Below are positions 43,261-62,816 of a DNA stretch of 64,000 bases, piece after piece. The notes under the pieces were generated by a model. The model was given only the letters and a program-made list of their open reading frames with translations. It searched no databases and was not told where the DNA came from. Each line of letters opens with the position of its first letter. Positions within the stretch are counted from its first letter, which is position 1. Position numbers and translations under genes: made by a program. Source of the stretch: the human T2T-CHM13v2.0 reference genome, Homo sapiens; assembly GCF_009914755.1 (NCBI RefSeq), contig NC_060934.1; one strand, written 5' to 3'.

Positions 43261-44663
43261 TCAGAAAAAAAAAAAAGCCCGGCACAGTGGCTCACGCCTG
43301 TAATCCCAACACTTTAGGAGGCCGAGACAGGCAGATCACAAGGTCAGGAGATTGAGACCATCCTGGCTAACATGATGAAACCCCATCTCTAGTAAAAATA
43401 CAAAGAATTAGCTGGGCGTGGTGGCAGGCGCCTGTAGTCCCAGCTACTCGGGAGGCTGAGGCAGGAGAATGGCATGAGCTGGAAGGCGGAGCTTGCAGTG
43501 AGCCAAGATTGCACCACTGCACTCCAGCCTGGGGGACAAAGCGAGACTCCGTCTCAAAATAAAAAAAAATTGTATCGCCACCAAATGCTGAGGAGATCAC
43601 TCATACACGTGAAATGTTCCTGCTTAGAAAAACAGTTTGGCAGATTAAAAAAAAAAAATGAACATGCAACTACCAATCAATCCAGAAATTGTACTACTGG
43701 GAATTTATCCCAGGGAAATGAAGACTTATGTTACGCAAAAACCTGTAACATGATTGTTTACAGCAGCTTTATTCACAATATCCAAAAACTGGAAACAATC
43801 CAGATTTTCAGAGGGTGAATGGTTAAACACAATGCAGTACATCCATGCTATGGAAAAATACTTGGCAACAAAAAGGAACAAACTATTAATACGTACAACT
43901 ATCTGGGGGAAGCTCTGGAGAATCAGGCTAAGTAAAAAACACCAATCCCAAAAGGCTATTGCATTTACTTAACATTCTCGAACGACCAAATTATCGAAAT
44001 GGAGATCAGAGTCTCAGAGTCATGGCTGTCAGAGGTTAAGGAGGGGTAAGGCAGGAGAGTGGATACAACTATAAAAGTGCAACATGAGGAATCTTGTGGT
44101 AATAGAATAGGGACTGTATCAATGTCAACATCCTGGGTGTGACATTGTACTACAGACTTGCAAGATGTCACCACTGGATAAAGGGGACACAGGCTCTCTC
44201 TAGTATTTCTTACAACTGCATGTGACTCTACAATTACCTCAAAGTAAAATGTTTAATTTAATAAAAATGTTAACCAGATATACATCTTAGCCAGTTCTAA
44301 ATTTATCAATAACAGGGACAGATATTAGACAAAAATATGCTAGCATTAGACAAAGGAGGTAAAGGAACACTCTATTAAATCTAATCTTTGGGAAATTTTT
44401 TAAAGACAAAAATATCAGTTAAGCCAGGCACTATAGCCGCGCCCATAATCCCAGCTACTTGGTGGAAGGTTCAATTAAAAAAAAAAAAAAAAAGCCGGGC
44501 GCAGTAGTTCACGCCTATAATCCTGGCACTTTGGGAGGCCGAGGCAGGAGGATAACCTGAGGTTGGGAGTGCGAGACCAGCCTGACCAACACGGAGAAAC
44601 CCTGTCTCTACTAAAAATACGAAATTAGCAGGACGTGGTCAGGCATGCCTGTAATCCCAGCTA

Positions 44664-45056
<393 letters not shown>

Positions 45057-45649
45057 TTATCACAAGACTATTAAGTACCATTGTTTCTAATTCAAACTTA
45101 CTAAAAAACCCGGATTTTTTTTTTTTTTTTTTGAGCTGGAGTCTTGCATTGTCACCTAGGCTGGAGTGCAGTGGCGCGATCTCTGCTCACTGCAACCTCC
45201 GCCTCCCAGGTTCAAACGATTCTCCGTGCCTCAGCCTCCCAAGTAGCTGGAATTACAGGCGCCCACCACCACGCCCGGCTAATTTTTTTTGTATTTTTAG
45301 TAGAGACAGGTTTTCACCATGTTGGCCAGGCTGGTCTTGAACTCTTGACCTCATGATCCACCCACCTCAGCCTCCCAAAGTGCTGGGATTACAAGCGTAA
45401 GCCATCGCACCTGGCTGAAACCCTGATTATTAGTAGTTTCCTAGGATATTTGAAACTAGAAGAGAGCCCTAAATAATAAACCCAAAACCTTATTTCAGAT
45501 CAGAAGGAAATAGCAAACTATAAGTTAATAAACTGGTCGTATAGTACATATAAATTAATCATGTGCAAATCCAGTCAATGTGACTAAATTTCCCAGAGTA
45601 CAGTTTCTCCCCTCATTCTGGCTGTGGACATTAACTGTTAGTATTATTA

Positions 45650-45892
<243 letters not shown>

Positions 45893-46533
45893 CTAATAAT
45901 GGGTAAGAGAAAAAAGAAAAAACAGCCTTACTTTTAATTCCAGATAATTTTTAACATGTTTATAAACTTAACAAGAACCATATCTAAGAGCTGAGCCAAG
46001 TAAAAATTATGAAGCCAAAACATTTTACAAAAATTACATGACATTATTATACGTTATTAATAATATGTCAATAATACATCATAGGCCAGGCATGGTGGCT
46101 CACACTTGTAATCCCAGCACTTTGGGAGGCTGAGGCAAGTGGATCACTTGAACCCAGAAATTCAAGACTTGCCTGGGCAACAAAGTGAGATGCCATCTCT
46201 TTTTAAAAAATTCTTTTTTTAATTAGCCAAATGAGGTGGTGCGCCCCTGTGGTCCCAGCTACTTGGGAGGCTTAGGAACGAGGACTGTTTCAGCCCAGGA
46301 GATTGAGACTGCATGAACTGTGATCATGCCACTGCATTCCAACCTGGTCTCAAATACCAATCCCCCTGACTTGGACTCCCAAAGTGCTAGGATTACAGGC
46401 ATGATCCACCTCGCCTGGCTCACGTTAACAAGACTCCATCTCAAAAAAAAAAAAGAAAAAGAAAAGAAAAAAAGAAATTTACTGACATGAAAAAAAAAAT
46501 CCAAGAAAAATCTCTAACATCTTTTTTTTTTAG

Positions 46534-46656
<123 letters not shown>

Positions 46657-47093
46657 TAGGCGCATGCCACTACGCCCGGCTAATTTTTGTATTTTTAGTA
46701 GAGAGGGGGTTTCACCATGTTGGCCAGGCTGGTCTTGAACTCCTGACCTCAAGTGATCCGCCCGCCTTGGCCTCCTAAAGTGCTGGGATTACAGGCGTAA
46801 GCCACAACGCCCGGCCTCTAACATCATCTTTAAAGGGAAAGGAAAACATATAGTGATAAATATCACATACCACTAACGGAAAGCGATCTTAGAAAATTCT
46901 AAATGCGAGAAATCTACATGATTACAACTGTTTGTGCTTCAGCTTTACTATTTCTCATCATTCTAAAAAGTTCATTTGAAACAAAGACACTGAATTAAAA
47001 TTCAGCCCTTTTGATATTCAATATTACATCCTCTGAACTGAGGAGAAGCTGATACAAATATTTTGTCTCTAAGCAGAAGAATAATAACCTTAC

Positions 47094-47203
47094 GAGAGTA
47101 CATATCGTAGTTGTTTTTCCTGTCCCAGGCATACCCACGATGAGTGTGTAGTCTTTTGAAAGAAGTACCTTTTTCATCGCTTGCCTCTGAGGCTTATTCA
47201 AAC
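47094..47203 (-). CDS. DNA2: DNA2 exon 13 (110 nt), Walker A
   Basis: ATGTAG|GTTTG ... CTC|GTAAGG; encodes [37 protein letters not shown]. Confidence 0.96.
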
Positions 47204-47437
47204 CTACATTTAAATTCAAAAATAACAGGAAAAAGAGTGTTGAATTTCAAAGGAAAAGTTAATTATTTCATAAGAAAAGCAGTCTCTATCCAAGTCTATT
47301 CTTCAATACAAAACCATTTCCAAAGAGTCTTGGTCTAAACATTGTAGTTGCAAGTCTAATCAAGATATTAGACTACAGTATAAATCAAATAGAAACAAGA
47401 AAAATTAATCAAAGCAGACATGGTGATTTTAGCATAC

Positions 47438-47547
47438 CCTTTAGAATGCAGGCAACTGTATCCTTTGCATCATGTGGAAGAACAGAACTAAGGTAGGATA
47501 TAAACTGAGGTTCACGAAAGTCAATAATTAAATCTCGAAGTTTTTTG
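47438..47547 (-). CDS. DNA2: DNA2 exon 12 (110 nt)
   Basis: TTTTCAG|CAAAAAA ... AAGG|GTATGC; encodes [15 protein letters not shown]...VACILK. Confidence 0.93.
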
Positions 47548-47625
47548 CTGAAAAGTGAAAAAGCACTTTTAGTAATATTCCTTAGAAAAGTGGAGTGAAA
47601 TTCAAATTTGCTCATTGTTACAAAC

Positions 47626-47742
47626 CTGACAAACGTGTTTTCCATCAATTTGGAAAGATTTCCTAATGGGGTATCTATATCACAATTTTTTTCTTCTTGG
47701 TCTAATCTGAACAAAGTTGATTCTGGAAGGACCGACAAGTTT
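47626..47742 (-). CDS. DNA2: DNA2 exon 11 (117 nt)
   Basis: TTTTAG|AAACTTG ... GTCAG|GTTTGT; encodes [18 protein letters not shown]...MENTFV. Confidence 0.93.
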
Positions 47743-48099
47743 CTAAAACAACAAAACAAATATACATGAATGCTCGCCATTTCGCATAGTCTGTATAAGA
47801 AATATGCTGCTATCTGCTAAAAGAATGAATGGGCCAGAATAGCTATTAAAATAGCTACCAGCCCTCAGTCACACTTGCCAATCAAGGACAGCATGAGGCC
47901 CTGGATTGGTGGGAAAAGGCAGAGGGAAGGGGAAGGTCCAAGGCACCAAGGTCAAAGCAATTAATAATTGGGAACCTGCAACATTTGCTGAAAATTCATT
48001 TACCCTTGCAGTCGAACACGGGTTCACCATCCCCAGAGGGATCCTGAATGCATGGCTCTTCCTTCCTCTAACCTGGAGTGCAGGCTTCTTTTCTGCCAC

Positions 48100-50282
<2,183 letters not shown>

Positions 50283-50596
50283 ATTTTTTTTTTTTCTTTA
50301 AGACAGGGTCTCACTCTGTCACTCAGGCTACATGCAGTGCAGAGGTGTGATCTCAGCTCACTGCAGCCTCAACCTCCTGGGCTCAACTGATCGTCCCACC
50401 TCGGCCTCCACAGTACCTGGGACTAAAGACATGCACCACCTCCTAATTTTTGTATTTTTGGTAGAGACGAGGTTTTACTTATGTTGCCCAGGCTGGTCTC
50501 AAACTCCTGGTCTCAAGCGATATACCCACCTCAGCCTCCCAGTGTGCTAGGATTACAGGCGTGCACCACCTCGCCTGCCCATATTTTCCTATCAAT

Positions 50597-50679
50597 TATT
50601 CTACTATTAATATTTTTATTTAGGCCAGGCGTGGTGGCTCACAAGGTCCAGCCTAAATAAAAATATTAATAGTAGAATA
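50597..50679. repeat. Perfect 29-bp inverted repeat with 25-nt spacer
   Basis: tattctactattaatatttttatttaggc (50597-50625) is the exact reverse complement of 50651-50679. Confidence 0.93.
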
Positions 50680-51239
50680 TACATACACATATATATATAT
50701 ATTTTTAGACAGAGTCTCACTCTTGTTGCCCAGGCTGGAGGGCAGTGGTGCAATCTCGGCTCACTGAAACCTCTGCCTCCGGGTTCAAGCGATTCCCCTG
50801 CCTCAGCCTCCCAAGTAGCTGGGACTATAGGCATGTGCGCTACCATGCCCAGCTATTTTTTTGTATTTTTAGTAGAGACGGGGTTTCATCGTGTTAGCCA
50901 GGATGGTCTTGATCTGACCTTGTGATCCGCCCAACTCGGCCTCCCAAAATGCTGGGATTACAGACGTGAGCCACCACGCCCCGCCTATATATTTTTATTT
51001 AAATCAGCCATTTTGTTGTAACTGAAATGGGTATACTTATATCACAACTATAAATGGGAAAAATAAACATTTTTATTTAAAAAAGGAGAGAACAAAATAG
51101 TCAGTGCCCAGCATGCAAGGAGAAATAAGCATTATAGCTAACACAGGGTGGCATCTATGCTGTCTGCTATACATGTGGTTGTAAGAATTAGATAAGATTA
51201 TGTCCACATCATCACTATGGAACATAATGTACTAAACAA

Positions 51240-52225
51240 AACTTTAGCAGTTTGGTAGTTCCTCAAAATGTTAAACATGAAATTAGCACATGACCCATGC
51301 CTAGGTAACTACAAAGAAAATGAAAGTATGTCTACCTAAAACTATGCATGTCAATGTTCATAGCAATATTAATCATTACAGCAAAAAAGTGGAAACAACT
51401 CAAATGTCCATCAGCTGGTGAATGGATGAACAAAATGTGGTGTATCCATACAACAGAATATATTCAGCCATAAAAAAAATGAGGGTCTCATATATGCTGA
51501 AATATGAATGAACTTTGCAAACATTAGGCTAAGTGAAAGAAGCAAGACACAAAAGGTCACGTATTGTATGGTTCCACTTATATCATATATCCAGAATGGA
51601 TGAATCCATACAGAAAGAAAGCCAATTTAGTGGTTGCCAGGGACTTCAGGGAGGAGAGAGTGGGAAGTGACTGCGTAATAGGAATGAGGTTTCCTTTTAG
51701 GGTGATAAAAGTGTCTTAGAAATAGACAGAAGTGATGGTTGCACAATATTGGGAATATACTAAACGCCACTCAATTATACACATTAAAATGGTTAATGAT
51801 CAATTTTGTTATATGAATTTTACCTCAATTTATTTAAAATAAAAAGAATGAAATGCTGATACATGTTATAACATGAAGATGAATTTCAAAAACAGTGTGC
51901 TGTGTGAAAAAACCCAGTCACCAAAGACCACATATTGCATGATTCCATTTACATGAGATGTCCAGAATGGGCAAATCTACAGAGACAGAAAGCAGGTTAG
52001 TGGTTGCCACGGGCTGGGGAAATTGGAGGAAAATGAAAAGTGACTACTAAAGGGTATAGGGCTTCTTCCTTGGGAGTTTCTTTTTGGGGTGATGAAAATA
52101 CTCAAAGTTGATTGTGGTGATAGCTGCACAACGCTGTGAATATACTAAAAACCAGCGAATTGTACATTTTAAATGGATGAACTACACAGATGTGAATTAT
52201 ATATCAATAAAGCTGTTATCAAAAA
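51240..52225 (+). mobile_element. L1MB/MC-type 3' ends (two consecutive)
   Basis: gcagtttggtagttcctcaaaatgttaaacat...aatggatgaacaaaatgtggtgtatccatac and two terminal blocks, the last ending at aataaagctgtt. Confidence 0.75.
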
Positions 52226-52241
52226 AAGTAACATTTCATTA

Positions 52242-52511
<270 letters not shown>

Positions 52512-52889
52512 TTACATACGTAAGTATTGTGTCTGCATTTTCCTACAACTTACTTGTTCATCTGACTCCTAAAAATTATTATTGAGGCCGGGTGTGGTGG
52601 CTCACGCCTGTAATCCCAACACTCCAGGAGGCCGAGGCGGGTGGATTACCTGAGGTCAGATGTTCAAGACCAGCCTGGCCAACATGGTGAAAACCCCATC
52701 TCTACTAAAAAAATAAAAATAAAAATAAAAAATTAGCCAGGTGTGGTGGTGCTCGCCCGTAATCCCAGCTACTCAGGAGGCTGAGGCAGGAGAATCACTT
52801 GAACCCGGGAGGTGAAAGTTGCAGTGAGCCAAGATCTCACCATTGCTCAACAACCTGGACAACAAGAGCAAAACCACCTCTCAAAAACA

Positions 52890-52920
<31 letters not shown>

Positions 52921-53595
52921 CAGACTAATATTGAGCCTGTCATTTTTACATTTTCCACAACCTACAGTAAAATGTTAGAAATGTTAAGTAAACATTCTCT
53001 TAGTTTCTGGGGTTTTTTGAGACACCCTCCGACCCCCACCCTGTTCAAGCGATTCTCATGCCTCAGTCTCCTGAGTAGCTAGGATTACAGGCATACACCA
53101 CCACGACAAGCTAATTTTTTATATTTTTAGTAGAGACAGGGTTTCACCATGTTGGCCAGGCTGGATTCGGACCCCTGGACTCAAGTGACCCACTGGCCTC
53201 AGCCTCCCAAAGTGCTGGGATTACAGGCCTGAGGCACCATGCTCGGCCCTCTACTAGTTTTAAATGAATTGCTCAACAATAGTCTTGCAAGAAAGTGCTA
53301 GGGATCGCCCCACCCTTGTTGCACCCACAGGCTGGGATCTCCAAAAATGGTGTTTTATTGGCACTTTGATCCCTGAGGGGTAGATACCCCCACTTCTTGG
53401 GCTGATACATATAATACCATTACAGAAAACAAACCATAATAACCTGCTCCCAAATGCAATATAAAAAAAATTATAGCCAGGCGCGGTGGCTCACGCCTGT
53501 AACCCTGGCATTTTCGGAGGCCGAGGCAGGCAGATCATCTGAGGGCAGGAGTTCGAGACAAGCCTGACCAACATGGAGAAACCCTGTCTCTACTA

Positions 53596-53754
<159 letters not shown>

Positions 53755-54163
53755 TCAAAAAAAAGAAAAAAAAACCATTTAAAATCTCTCTGGCAGCACT
53801 ACTAAATAACATGCAATCTCAGAAGCTTATTAGTATTTATATATGTATGACAGATTCGCTACATATATGCAGTCTAACTACAATTAAATAAACTTTCTCC
53901 ACAGCAATGTTATCTTGTGTTAAAGTCTAATGTTAGGGAAGAAAATGATCCAATTATTTCTGAAGTCATGTTATTAATATTCATTCTGGGCCGGGCGCCG
54001 TGGCTCATGCCTGTAATCCCAGCAATTTGGGAGGCTGAGGTGGGCAGATGACCTGAGGTCAGGAGTTCAAGACCAGCCTGACCAAAATGGAGAAACCCCA
54101 TCTCTACTAAAAATACAAAATTAGCCAGGCATGGTGGCAAGCACCTGTAATCCCAGCTATTCA

Positions 54164-54313
<150 letters not shown>

Positions 54314-54471
54314 CTAAAACAAGTTACGTTTTACATAAAAAAACATTTGAGGCCAAGTGTAGTGGCTCACACCTGTAATCTCAGCACTTTGGGAGGCTGA
54401 GGTGGGCGGATCACGTGAGGTTGAGAGTTCAAGACCAGCCTGACCAACATGAAGAAACCCCATCCCTACTA

Positions 54472-54630
<159 letters not shown>

Positions 54631-55557
54631 TCAAAAAAAGAAAAAAAAATTTTTGAGGCCGGGTGCAGGGGCTAACGCTTGTAATCCCAGCACTCTGGGA
54701 GGCCAAGGCAGCTGGATCACCACGAGATCAGGAGATCAAGACCATCCTGGCTAACACGGTGAAACCCCGTTTCTACTAAAAATACAAAAAAATAGCCAGG
54801 TGCTGTGGCTCACACCTGTAATCCCAGCACTTTGGGAGGCCGAAGCGTGTGGATCATCTGAGGTTGGGAGTTCAAGACCAGCCTGACCAACATGGAGAAA
54901 CCCCGTCTCTACTAAAAGTACAAAATTAGCCTGGCGTGGTGGCCCATGCCTGTAATCCCAGTTTACTCGGGAGGCTGAGGCAAGAGAATCACTTGAATTC
55001 AGGAAGAGGAGGTTTCAGTGAGCCAAGATTGTGCCATTGCACTCCAGCCTGAGCAACAAGAGGGAAATTCTGTCTCAAAAAAAAAAAAAAAAATTAGCTG
55101 AGCATGGTGGCACGCACCTGTAGTCCCAGCTACTCAGGAGGCTGAGGCAGGAGAATCGCTTGAACCCGGGAGGCAGAGGTTGCATGAGCTGAGATCGTGC
55201 CACTGCACTCCAGCCTGGGCGACTGAGCAAGATTCCATCTCAAAAAAAAAAATTTTTTTGGCTGGGTGCAGTGGCTCACACCTATAATCCCAGCATTTTG
55301 GGAGGCTGAGGTGGGTGGACTGCTTGAGGCCAGGAGTTCCAGACTAGCCTGGCCAACATGGCAAAACCCCGTCTCTACTAAAAATACAAAAATTAGCTGG
55401 GTGTGGTGGCACGTGCCTGTAAACCCAGCTTCTTGGGAGGCTGAGGCATGAGAATTACTGGAACCCAGGAGGCAGAGGTTGCAGTGGGTCAAGACACTCC
55501 AGCCTGGGTAACAGAGTAAGACTTTTTTATTTTTTATTTATTTATTTATTTTTTTGA

Positions 55558-55740
<183 letters not shown>

Positions 55741-55757
55741 TAGCCAGCATGGTCTCA

Positions 55758-55850
<93 letters not shown>

Positions 55851-57436
55851 CTAAAAAAAAAAAAGTTTCACATACTACAAAAGGCCTGAGATTAAAAAAA
55901 TGAAAGCAATTAAATTTTACATATGTATAGTATACTCACTACACATACGCAGTCTATCCACAATTACATAAACTTTCTCCACTGCAATGTTTCCTTGTGT
56001 TAAAGTCTAATATTAGGGAAATAATAATCCAATTATTTCTAAAGTCACATCATTAATACTCATTCTGCAAAGAAAAAATGAAGCTAAAGCAATGAAATTT
56101 TACATAAAGAAAAATACTACGCAAAGATAAATTCTAGGCCAGGCATAGTGGCTTATACCTATAATCTCAACACTTTGGGAGGCCAAAGTGGGAGGATCAC
56201 TTGAGCTCAGGAATTTAAGACTATGCTGGGCAACATAGCAAGACCCTGTTTCTATAATCACGTAAAATAAAATAAAACAAAAAAATTAGCCATGGCACAG
56301 TGGCTCGCAGCTGTAATACCAGCACTTTGGGTGGTCAAGATGGGAGGATCACTTGAGGCCAGGAGTTCAAGACCAGCCTGGGCCATATAGCAAGACCCCA
56401 TCTCTAAAAAAAAAAAAGTTAGCCAAGTTTGGTGGTGCACACCTATGGTCCTAGCTACTCAGGAGGTTGAGGCAGGAGCACTGTGAACTTTATCCCAGAA
56501 GTTCGAGGCTACAGTGAGCCATGATTGCACCACTATACTCCAGTCAGGGCAGCAGAGTGTGACCCTGTCTCTTAAAAAAAAAAAAAAAAAAAAGAAAAAT
56601 TCTAACTTTACAGGTACATATTACTATTATTTTTTTAAATGAATCCCACAAGGACTATGAAATGGACCTTTAGAAAATTTGCATCTGTATCAAAAGTTAC
56701 TGAAAATATAAACATTTAAAATACGAGTATTTAGACCAGGCAAGGTGGCTCACGCCTGTAATCCCATCACTTTGGGAGGCTGAGGTGGGTGGATCACTAA
56801 GTCAGGAGTTCAAGACCAGCCTGGCCAAGATGGTGAAACCCTGTCTCTACTAAAACTACAAAAATTAGCTGGGCGCAGTGGCAGGCGCCTGTAATCCCAG
56901 CTACTTGAAGGCCGAGGCAGGAGAATAGCTTGAATCCAGACAGCAGAGATTGCAGTGAGCTGACAACATGCCACTGCACTCCAGCCTGGGTGACAGAGTG
57001 AGATTCCATCTCAAAAAGAAAAAAGCGAGTATTTAAAAAATCCAGTAAATACCACATTAATTTGCATTATACCAATATATACAACAATTTACTTTAAGAT
57101 ATACTCAAGTTTATAATGTTATCACCGATGAAAAAGTGTATACTGAAAATTTTTAACAGGATTTAAAATAATTTTTTTTTTTTGAGTCAAGGTCTGGCTC
57201 TATCACCCAGGCTGGAGTGCAGTGGTGTGATCTCAGCTCACTGCAACCTTCACCTCTGGCTCAAGCCATCCTCCCACCTCATCCTGGGACTACAGACATG
57301 CACGACCACACCTAGGTAATTTTTGTATTTTTTGTAGAGACAGGGTTTTGCCATGTTGCCCAGGCGGGTCTCAAACTGGTGAGCTGAAGTGATCCACCTG
57401 CTTCGGCATCCCAAAGTGCTGGGATTACAGGCATGA

Positions 57437-57580
<144 letters not shown>

Positions 57581-57583
57581 TGA

Positions 57584-57934
<351 letters not shown>

Positions 57935-58153
57935 TGAAACTATATTACTAACTAGCAATGATTGCAGCACATAGGATACACAGGAATGGTGCTCTTCTTA
58001 GAAACAATAGAGAGCCATCTGCAGTTGTCATGAATAAATGAAATCACGTTATCTATAACATGCTTCATAACTTGTATTTGTCATAAATTCCAAAGGCCAC
58101 CTCATTCACTAATCCAAACTACTGAAATCTTACTGTACTAAATGGACCACTTA

Positions 58154-58378
<225 letters not shown>

Positions 58379-58977
58379 TTATAAACCATTTCCCTGGCTG
58401 GGTACGAAGTGAGATAATTCCAAAATAAGAACACATATATGATCATCATCATAACTCATAACCACAGCCCCTAATGTTCCTTAAAAGTCATTTAAACATA
58501 AGCCATATGGCTTTTTATAAAACCAAATGTGTGAGAAACTCAATACTGCATTATTTTGCCTTCAGCGACTATCCCCCAAACAACTCAGGTTGGGTAAACC
58601 CTAATCTTCATTCCCATATGCAACAAGTTTTGGCTTTTAATACAACTTCATTTCTCAAAAATCACAATATTTGTACACCCAGCTCAGTGACGTAAGTACA
58701 CATAAAAACACAGAGAATCATTTGGATTTTGCTTAATACCAGATTAAAATATTTTCTATAGAAACAAACATGCTATAGGACAGCATACCAAACACTGACG
58801 ATAAACATAAGATTTCAAAGAAATATGCCCAGACTTCCTACGGTTCACAGTCCTCTGCCATTAAGAGATCCCTTGAAAAAATACCTTAAAAAGTATTTAT
58901 ATGAGGCCGAGTGCAGAGGCTCATGCCTATAATTCTAGCATTTTGGGAGGCCAAGGCGGGTGGATTGACTGAGCTCA

Positions 58978-59623
<646 letters not shown>

Positions 59624-59801
59624 TCAAAAAAATAAATAAATAAATAAAATACAAATAAATAAATAAAAATACAAAAAATTAGCTGGGCGCGGTGGCTCAC
59701 GCCTGTAATCCCAACACTTCGGGAGACTGAGATGGTCAGATCACCTGAGTTCGGGAGTTGGAGACCAGCCTGACCAACACGGTGAAACCTCTTCTCTACT
59801 A

Positions 59802-60056
<255 letters not shown>

Positions 60057-60156
60057 CTAAAATGATGTTATCAATGCCCGTCTGGCCACCAGTGTTAAAC
60101 GTATTTAGTTGAGTTCATACTCAACTAGAAATAATGCCTTTGGTAGACAATATTTA

Positions 60157-60378
<222 letters not shown>

Positions 60379-60593
60379 TCACTACATATGTAAAACTTGC
60401 AGATTTAAAAACATTTTAGGGCCGGGCACAATGGCTTACGCCTGTAATCCCAACACTTGGGGAGGCTGAGGTGGGCGGATCACCTGAGGTCAGGGGTTCA
60501 AGACTAGCCTAACCAACACGGTGAAACCCCGTCTCTACTAAAAATACATAATTAGCTGGGATTGGTGGCGCATGACTGTATTACAGCTAATCA

Positions 60594-60698
<105 letters not shown>

Positions 60699-60761
60699 TC
60701 AAAAAAATAAATAAATAAATAAATAAAATAAAAATAAAAACATTTTAAAACGGAGAAAACA

Positions 60762-60841
60762 GTATTCATATTTCCCACTATACTAGAATAACAACATTTT
60801 GGTATTCATATTTCCCACTATACTAGAATAACAACATTTTG
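60762..60841. repeat. Perfect 40-bp tandem duplication
   Basis: gtattcatatttcccactatactagaataacaacattttg occurs twice, back to back. Confidence 0.95.
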
Positions 60842-61530
60842 GTACATTTCCTTTAAGTTTCTGTTCACTTGATAAATTCTTTAAACTATATATTTCGTAA
60901 CTAGTAAGCATTGTGAAGTTGGTATTAGCTGAATACTGAAGATAAATACAGCTATCTAGAATATCTTTAATATAAAATAGAAAGTTTGAAATAAAGTTTT
61001 GCATAATAAAATTTTAAAAGATTAATAATGTTTTCAACTATAGAGTATATTATTAAAATTCTTTTAAAAAAAACCACAATTGGCCAGGTACAGTGGCTCA
61101 TGCCTGTAATCCCAGCACTTTCAGAGACCAAGGCGGGCAGATCTCTTGAGGCCAAGAGTTCAAGACCAGCCTGGCCAACATGGCGAAACCCCATCTCTAC
61201 TAAAAGTAAAACTAGCCAGGCATGGTGGCACATGCCTGTAATCCTAGCTACTCAGGAGACTGAGGCAGGAGAATCGATTCAACCCAGAAGGTGGAGGTTG
61301 CAATGAACCAAGATTGTGCCACTTCACTCCAGCCTGGGCAACAGAGTGAGACTCTATCTCAAAAAACGAAAACAAAAACACACACATAAAAAACAACAAC
61401 AAAAAAAACCCACAGCTACAAATTATAACCTATTAAGTGCTGTGAGTAGATTGTCAGGTATAAATATGTATCACTAGAAGCTGAAGTGGGGGGGTGGGCA
61501 AAGAAGTAAAACTAAAAAAAAAACGGCTCA

Positions 61531-61731
<201 letters not shown>

Positions 61732-61944
61732 TTAAACTCAAAAGATCAATAAAGTTATTTCTATTTAATAAGTAACATGAGCCAAATTGGTAAAGATAAC
61801 ACAACAAATTTGATGTCAAACATTTAATCTAGGCCAGGCATGGTGGCTCAGGCCTGCAATCCCAACACTTTGGGAGGCCAAGGCAGGCAGATCGCTTGAG
61901 CCCAGGAGTTTGAGACCAGCCTGGGCAATATAGTGAGACCAAGT

Positions 61945-62400
61945 GATAGTCATTATGTTAAGCAAAAAAAGCCAGACACAGAAAACTTTGTATGTTCTCA
62001 CTTACTTGTGGGAGCAAAAAATTAAAACAATTGAATTCATGGAGACAGATAGTAGAAGGTTGGTTACCAGAGGCTGGGAACAATAGTGAGGGTGGTGCGG
62101 GGGGAGAAGTGGGGATGGTTAATGGGTATCAAGAAACAAAAAAAAAGAGTAATGAATAAGACAGTATTTGCTAGCACAACAAAGTGACTATAGTCAAAAA
62201 TAATTTAGCTGTGCATTTTAAAATCACTAAAGGAGTATAACTGGGTTATTTGTAACACAAATAATAAATGTTTGAGGGGATGGATACCGCATTTACTATG
62301 TTATGATTATTACGTATTGCATGCCTATATTAAAATATCTCATGTAATCCATGAACGTATACACCTACTAAGTACCCACAAAAATTTAAAAGCATAAAAA
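61945..62400 (+). mobile_element. L1MA-type 3' end
   Basis: tgttctcacttacttgtgggagc...ggttaccagaggctgggaa...atacacctactaagtacccacaaaaatttaaaa. Confidence 0.78.
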
Positions 62401-62456
62401 CAAAAACGTAGTGAGATCCCCATTTCTACAAAAAGACATGTATGTAAAAAAAGTTA

Positions 62457-62816
<360 letters not shown>

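Noticed and set aside
55989-56022. Possible hairpin (tttccttgtgtta...taatattagggaaa) in the duplicated unit as a snoRNA/miRNA
   Set aside because: It relies on G-U pairs on the strand opposite DNA2 transcription, is weaker in the other copy, and has no clear C/D or H/ACA boxes.
60762-60841. Direct repeats as a CRISPR-like array (also 17847-17912)
   Set aside because: No spacers, only 2-3 units, eukaryotic intron context.
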